Both the position numbers and the translations under genes were made by a program. Shown in pieces: positions 59,667-64,000 of a DNA stretch of 64,000 bases (the stretch's first letter is position 1; every line of letters starts with the position of its first letter). The stretch spans positions 24,881-88,880 of the forward strand of contig JAKLII010000001.1 in assembly GCA_022709695.1 (NCBI GenBank), given 5' to 3'. The notes beneath the pieces were generated by a model that saw nothing but the letters and a program-made list of their open reading frames with translations, was not told the DNA's origin and did not search any database. This DNA comes from Bacteroidota bacterium. GTDB lineage: Bacteria; Bacteroidota; Bacteroidia; Bacteroidales; SKPS01.

Positions 59667-62357
59667 GTGAAAATCATAAAGATCAGCGTTATCAGCGTTC
59701 TATTGGTCTTCAACATTGGTGCAAAAGCCCAACCTGCTGAGCAGCGCCCCGACCCGGAATGGCTCAGAACCTACGTGTCCGGCGATTTCTGCTGGGCCTA
59801 CGACGTACAGGTGGATCAGGCCGGCAACAGTTACTCCACCGGCTACTTCCAGAGAAACCTGAAACTGGCCCAGGGAAAATACATTGAACCCAAAACCACA
59901 TGCTATGCCCGTTGCCCCGACACCTGGTTTCTGATGAAGCACGACCCCAACGGCAACCTGCTGTGGGTCCGTTACGCCGAAGGGAACTCCAGGCCAGCCC
60001 GCATCGCCATTGATCCCAACGGCTTTATCTGGGTAGCCGGTAATTTCTATGGCGGAAAAGTGGATTTTATCACCGCCGATGACAGAAAGCTTACCCTGAA
60101 TGGGACAGAGGGTTTAAACTCTTCTTTGTTCATTGCCCATTACAACTCTAATGGGGAGCTGCTGCATCTGATCATGCCCAGGATTGATTTCGAGGTTGAG
60201 TTATTTGATTTCAGGGGAGATATGGAGGGTAATTTTTATCTGGCCGGAGCAAAACTCTTCAGAACCTACGATAAAACCTATGAAGTAAAGCGCACCTTTG
60301 CCCTGCTGTCGTACGACCAGGAGTTCCATCTCCGGTGGAGCCTCCTGGGTGATACGGTTGGACAATCCCATATCAATGCAGTATGTGCTGATAATCAGGG
60401 GAATGTGATAGCTACCGGAGGTTTTCATGACGACATCAGGATTGGAAAGAGCCAGTTTACCACGAGGGATTACAATGCCATGACCTTTGCTTTCAAAGCC
60501 AATCGCAAGGGTGATGTGGAATGGGCGATCGACTCACTGGGGATCTATACCAACGGAGCCGGGGCATCGATGGCGCTGAACAGTAAAGGGGATGCGTTTA
60601 TTGTAACTACCTCATCCTACAGCCGAACATGCCTGAACCGCATCAGCAGCAGGGGTAAACCCGAATGGTCGGTACCCATCAATGGCAAGGCATCGGTGTA
60701 CCACGAAAGGTTGCTGCTGGACAAAGAGGAGCGGATCTGGCTGGCAGGAGAGGGGTATGGTTTCGATGTTGTTTCGAAGAATGAAACTATTACAACGTTG
60801 AGCTCAAAGGGTGGGACTGATCCGTTTATGCTGCACTTTTCGGCCGATGGCAACCTGTTACAGGCCCTCAGCGGGGGTGGGGCAGGCACCGATTACCTGA
60901 AGGCGATTGCGCTGAAAGACGACAAATTGCTGGCTTTCGGGTGGTTTGGCGGAGATATGGTATTCGGGGACACAGTTGTAAAAACCCGCGATGGCTATAT
61001 CTTCTGGATCGGACAGTTCAGCACGTTGCCCGGGGCTGCAAATCCATTTCCCAGGCAGCCTGTGGAGCCTGGGGCGAACCTTTCGGATACCACATGGAAC
61101 AGCGACCTCTGCACCTGCACTTACCACCGGGAGAAGCGGACCGTGTTTTACCCGTCCCTGGACGCCCTTCTGGAATACGACGATTTCAACGAGTATTCGG
61201 GATGGAGCCAGGATCCACTTCTTCAGAATTATAAGAATCTCTATTACAGAGATTTTCAGTTTTCAACCAGTTCGCACGGAGGATTTTATTCCCTGGTGCT
61301 GGCCTCTTTCAGAAACCCGGTAGTATTTCATCATCCGTCAAATACCTTCGGAATTGATTTTACCCCATGTGTCAACAACCTGAAAATCTACGAGTTGCCG
61401 ATAACACTCAGCTATGAATTTCCGTATGCCCGGTATTTTGAAGATCTTGAAAATGGGTTCGACAGGTCGGCGGCAGCGTGGTTCGATTTCTGGCAGGAGG
61501 TGAATCAGATCGGTGTGGAGGAATTGGCAGAATCAATGGATCTTGCCCCATGGCTTGCGGCAGTGGCGGAGAACGATCTTGAGAAGCTCGGAACGGCCAT
61601 GGCGGATGATGGGTATATTCTTGATCTGGAGGGACTTGAAACATACACCGTGCCTGAGGTGAATGCCCGCATGGAAACCGGGGAAATTGCGCTGCTGATC
61701 TCTTCTGACATCCTGCGGCAGCACGATCCGGTTACCGGTGCGCTGCTGCTGAATGAGGAGGGAAAACCTGCCCGGGCGAGGATCCTGGCGAAGGTCGAAG
61801 AGCTGACCTATTCCACAGAGAGCTCACTGCAGGCAACCTTCGGTGAGATCTGTATGCCCTGGGCTGAGATAGGCACCTCAGGAATGCAGATCCAGTTCAA
61901 CACCGCATCGATTGTCAGCACACCGGAGCAACTGTATTACGATCCGTATTCGATTGATGGTCCGGGGTTTCCTGAAAGAAGCCAGAATGGTGCATACGAT
62001 GAGGAGGAGCTGCCGGAAGCTGCACAGAATACACCGAATGTGCTGGATAATTTCACCGGAATTTCTGTGGACGATGCAGTGATACATTGGCCCTTTGCCG
62101 GAAAAATGCTGGAAGGCTGGGGTTCAGGATTTCTGATCAACAATCAGATGTTATGCGGCCTGATCATGCTTCCGCTTTCTGACAACCAGCCGTCGGATTC
62201 AGACAGCAGTGTCGTGTTGCTGGCCGGTGAAGAGGAGGTTTATACTTCACTTCAGGATCTGCAGAACTGGCTGAAGATAAATGGTTTTGATGTTGCCAGG
62301 TTTCATCCGCTGGAAAGTGAACTTGCCATCTATATCGAAATGAAAAGCAAATACTAA
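59667..62357 (+). CDS. Secreted hypothetical protein: N-terminal SBBP-like beta-propeller repeats, acidic C-terminal half of unknown fold
   Basis: 896 aa with a GTG start and signal peptide MKIIKISVISVLLVFNIGAKA|QP. Recurrent blocks are DQAGNSYSTGYF, DPNGFIWVAGNFYGG, DMEGNFYLAG and DNQGNVIATGGF. There is no T9SS tail. Confidence 0.7.
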   Translation: MKIIKISVISVLLVFNIGAKAQPAEQRPDPEWLRTYVSGDFCWAYDVQVDQAGNSYSTGYFQRNLKLAQGKYIEPKTTCYARCPDTWFLMKHDPNGNLLWVRYAEGNSRPARIAIDPNGFIWVAGNFYGGKVDFITADDRKLTLNGTEGLNSSLFIAHYNSNGELLHLIMPRIDFEVELFDFRGDMEGNFYLAGAKLFRTYDKTYEVKRTFALLSYDQEFHLRWSLLGDTVGQSHINAVCADNQGNVIATGGFHDDIRIGKSQFTTRDYNAMTFAFKANRKGDVEWAIDSLGIYTNGAGASMALNSKGDAFIVTTSSYSRTCLNRISSRGKPEWSVPINGKASVYHERLLLDKEERIWLAGEGYGFDVVSKNETITTLSSKGGTDPFMLHFSADGNLLQALSGGGAGTDYLKAIALKDDKLLAFGWFGGDMVFGDTVVKTRDGYIFWIGQFSTLPGAANPFPRQPVEPGANLSDTTWNSDLCTCTYHREKRTVFYPSLDALLEYDDFNEYSGWSQDPLLQNYKNLYYRDFQFSTSSHGGFYSLVLASFRNPVVFHHPSNTFGIDFTPCVNNLKIYELPITLSYEFPYARYFEDLENGFDRSAAAWFDFWQEVNQIGVEELAESMDLAPWLAAVAENDLEKLGTAMADDGYILDLEGLETYTVPEVNARMETGEIALLISSDILRQHDPVTGALLLNEEGKPARARILAKVEELTYSTESSLQATFGEICMPWAEIGTSGMQIQFNTASIVSTPEQLYYDPYSIDGPGFPERSQNGAYDEEELPEAAQNTPNVLDNFTGISVDDAVIHWPFAGKMLEGWGSGFLINNQMLCGLIMLPLSDNQPSDSDSSVVLLAGEEEVYTSLQDLQNWLKINGFDVARFHPLESELAIYIEMKSKY

Positions 62358-62362
62358 AGACC

Positions 62363-62507
62363 TTTTTTCTCGCAGAAATCCGCAGACAGCACGCGGAAAT
62401 CCGCAGAACCTTATTTCAGCGTCTATCTGCGAAATTTCAGCGAATTTCAGCGAGAGAAAAAATATTCTCGCAGAAATCCGCAGTAAGTTCGCGGAAATCC
62501 GCAGAGA
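62363..62507 (+). repeat. Modular intergenic repeat, locus R2 (A-A-C-A-A, no B module)
   Basis: TTTTTTCTCGCAGAAATCCGCAGACAGCACGCGGAAATCCGCAGAACCTTATTTCAGCGTCTATCTGCGAAATTTCAGCGAATTTCAGCGAGAGAAAAAATATTCTCGCAGAAATCCGCAGTAAGTTCGCGGAAATCCGCAGAG. Confidence 0.92.
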
Positions 62508-62513
62508 TCATTC

Positions 62514-62891
62514 TCATAAACCATTAACAATTCGCTGAATCGAGTGTAGTATATTGGCTGTGTTGAAGTTAATCAGTAATCCAAGCTTTTTATCAGAAAG
62601 CTTCAGGTACGTTAAAAGTTGCTTGCTGTGCACATCTGTGAGCTGTTCAACTGATTTGATTTCAACGATCACTTTGTTTTCTACAAGCAGGTCTATCCGA
62701 TATCCAACATCAAGTTTAACATCTTCATAAACAAGCGGCAGAGGCACCTGCGAATTAACAATCAAGCCATTTTTACTGATAAGGTGCTTTAAAACAGATT
62801 CATAACTCGATTCAAGTAATCCTGGCCCAAGTTCCTTATAGGTAGTATAAACTGCGCCACGGATGATGTACGAAATTTCATTTTCAGTCAT
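62514..62891 (-). CDS. GxxExxY-family protein (PD-(D/E)XK nuclease-like fold)
   Basis: 125 aa with the GLLESSYESVL signature and ...VIVEIKSV...QLLTYLKLSDKKLGLLINFN. It is a paralogue of 40673-41080. Confidence 0.85.
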   Translation of the reverse strand: MTENEISYIIRGAVYTTYKELGPGLLESSYESVLKHLISKNGLIVNSQVPLPLVYEDVKLDVGYRIDLLVENKVIVEIKSVEQLTDVHSKQLLTYLKLSDKKLGLLINFNTANILHSIQRIVNGL

Positions 62892-62965
62892 AAGTTTTTA
62901 TTGTATATATGATTGAGCTTTCAAAAAAGGAGACAGGTAAGGTACTTTTTAAAAATAATCATGAT

Positions 62966-63020
62966 TCTTTCTGCGAATTTCCGCGTAATTTCACCGAGTT
63001 TCTGCGAGAAAAAAAATCAC
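62966..63020 (+). repeat. Modular intergenic repeat, locus R3 (degenerate C module only), abutting the MBL start codon
   Basis: TCTTTCTGCGAATTTCCGCGTAATTTCACCGAGTTTCTGCGAGAAAAAAAATCACG aligns to the C module TCTGCGAAATTTCAGCGAATTTCAGCGAGAGAAAAAAT. It ends 1 nt before ATG 63022. Confidence 0.7.
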
Positions 63021-63021
63021 G

Positions 63022-63726
63022 ATGAAAACCTTCACTACAAAATCGGGTTACCAAATCATTCAGCTGTTAAGTGGCCGTGCCAATGTATGGCTCGTGGAAG
63101 CCGGTTCAATCCGCATTCTGGTAGATACCGGGATCACCCTCAACCGCAAAAAACTCCTCAACAAGCTCAATCCCGAATCGCTTCGCTCCCGGGACTCCGC
63201 TTCGCTCCGCCTCAACTTTCTCCTGCTGACCCACACCCATTTTGATCATTGTCAGAATGCAGCCTGGCTAAAGAACAGGTTAGGGTGTAAGATCATTGTC
63301 GGGGAGAGTGCGAAAGAGTTTGTCAGGATGGGGTACACACCGATCCCTGGTGGAGTAACCCGGTGGGCCAGGTTTGTTGTGAGGTTAGGGAGAAAGTTCA
63401 GGCCAGGATTTACAGGTTATGCTCCATTTCAGGCAGATATGATTGTGAAAGAGAAGTTTACATTTGCGCTGGAAGGGGTAAACCTGGAAATTATCCCTAC
63501 CCCAGGACACTCCTCCGATTCCATTTCCCTGCTGGTTGACGGTGAGGTAGCAATTGTTGGAGATACATTGTATGGGATGGTATCCGGGAAAGCCATGCCT
63601 CCGTTTGCAGATGATGTGCCGTTGTTGAAGCAGCAGTGGAAAGTATTGCTTGATACGGGTTGCCAATGGTTTTTGCCGGGACACGGAAAACCCATTTCTG
63701 CCGCTTTGCTGCAGAAATTCATTTAA
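63022..63726 (+). CDS. MBL-fold metallo-hydrolase
   Basis: 234 aa with the HxHxDH motif (LLLTHTHFDHCQN) and a later PTPGHSSDS block. Confidence 0.85.
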   Translation: MKTFTTKSGYQIIQLLSGRANVWLVEAGSIRILVDTGITLNRKKLLNKLNPESLRSRDSASLRLNFLLLTHTHFDHCQNAAWLKNRLGCKIIVGESAKEFVRMGYTPIPGGVTRWARFVVRLGRKFRPGFTGYAPFQADMIVKEKFTFALEGVNLEIIPTPGHSSDSISLLVDGEVAIVGDTLYGMVSGKAMPPFADDVPLLKQQWKVLLDTGCQWFLPGHGKPISAALLQKFI

Positions 63727-63740
63727 TACCCTGATTTTAT

Positions 63741-64000
63741 TTCTCGCGGAAATCCGCAGAACCTTATTTCAGCGCCACTTGTGCTGAGTTTGTCGAAGCA
63801 TCTGCGAAATTTCAGCGAATTTCAGCGAGAGAAAAAATATTCTCGCAGAAATCCGCAGAAAGCACGCGGAAATCCGCAGAATTTTATTTTAGCGCCACTT
63901 GTGCTGAGCTTGTCGAAGCATCAGCGAAATTTCAGCGAATTTCAGCGAGAGAAAAAATATTCTCGCGGAAATCCGCAGAACCTTATTTCAGCGCCACTTG
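63741..64000 (+). repeat. Modular intergenic repeat, locus R4: tandem array (100-bp unit, 120-bp unit, third unit cut by window end)
   Basis: Unit 1 is 63741-63840 (A-B-C). Unit 2 is 63841-63960 (A-A-B-C). Unit 3 starts at 63961 and is identical to unit 1 as far as the window shows. Confidence 0.92.

Noticed and set aside
59393-63740. Integron-like cassette array with attC sites
   Set aside because: The repeats lack the attC R/L core organisation (no GTTRRRY-type boundaries that I can find). One 'cassette' is on the opposite strand, and no intI-like integrase or attI lies in the window. The looser description 'repeat-bracketed single genes' is kept as a finding.
63741-64000. Possible CRISPR array (regularly spaced repeats at the window end)
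   Set aside because: The units are 100-120 bp and directly abut one another with no unique spacers. The same sequence occurs dispersed at three other intergenic sites, and no cas genes are in the window.

Overview
This is a Bacteroidota-type chromosome segment: it has a SusC/SusD pair, several T9SS C-terminal sorting domains, lipoprotein signals and TAnnTTTG -7 boxes. 

- **1-15.5 kb:** a starch-utilisation locus. It holds a partial MFS sugar transporter missing from the ORF track, a T9SS-secreted GH13, SusC, SusD, a SusE/F-like lipoprotein and three more GH13 enzymes.
- **15.5-33.2 kb:** ordinary housekeeping genes (recN, fabI, SDR, VOC, RND/MMPL exporter, ffh, folD, queE, OmpA/TolB-like, ligA, algH-like, hup, fmt, ribH, TPR).
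- **33.4-44 kb:** an accessory patchwork. It holds a T9SS cargo protein with a duplicated 163-aa module, a COG1373-type AAA ATPase, an orphan DnaE2-like polymerase, a GxxExxY gene, a DEAD-box helicase and a T9SS-tail remnant. The polymerase has codon usage and GC3 sharply different from all its neighbours.
- **44-51.4 kb:** a translationally coupled alpha-mannoside operon (ROK kinase, MFS, long PMI-like cupin, GH38).
- **51.5-59.4 kb:** an envelope cluster. It includes two paralogous lipoproteins built from 24 and 12 copies of a 33-residue YD-like repeat, followed by an aminotransferase.
- **59.4-64 kb:** three unrelated single genes, each bracketed by copies of one modular, hairpin-forming 100-120 bp repeat. 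The repeat becomes a tandem array running off the window end.

I found no rRNA, tRNA, CRISPR array, transposase, integrase or recognisable defence system. The most unusual signals are non-coding:

- the modular repeat family;
- heptamer microsatellite concatemers at two loci that share a 17-mer, one phased exactly onto the start codon of the polymerase;
- word-repeats around both GxxExxY genes.

Functional interpretations of these are hypotheses only. All GC and identity figures are by-eye estimates.
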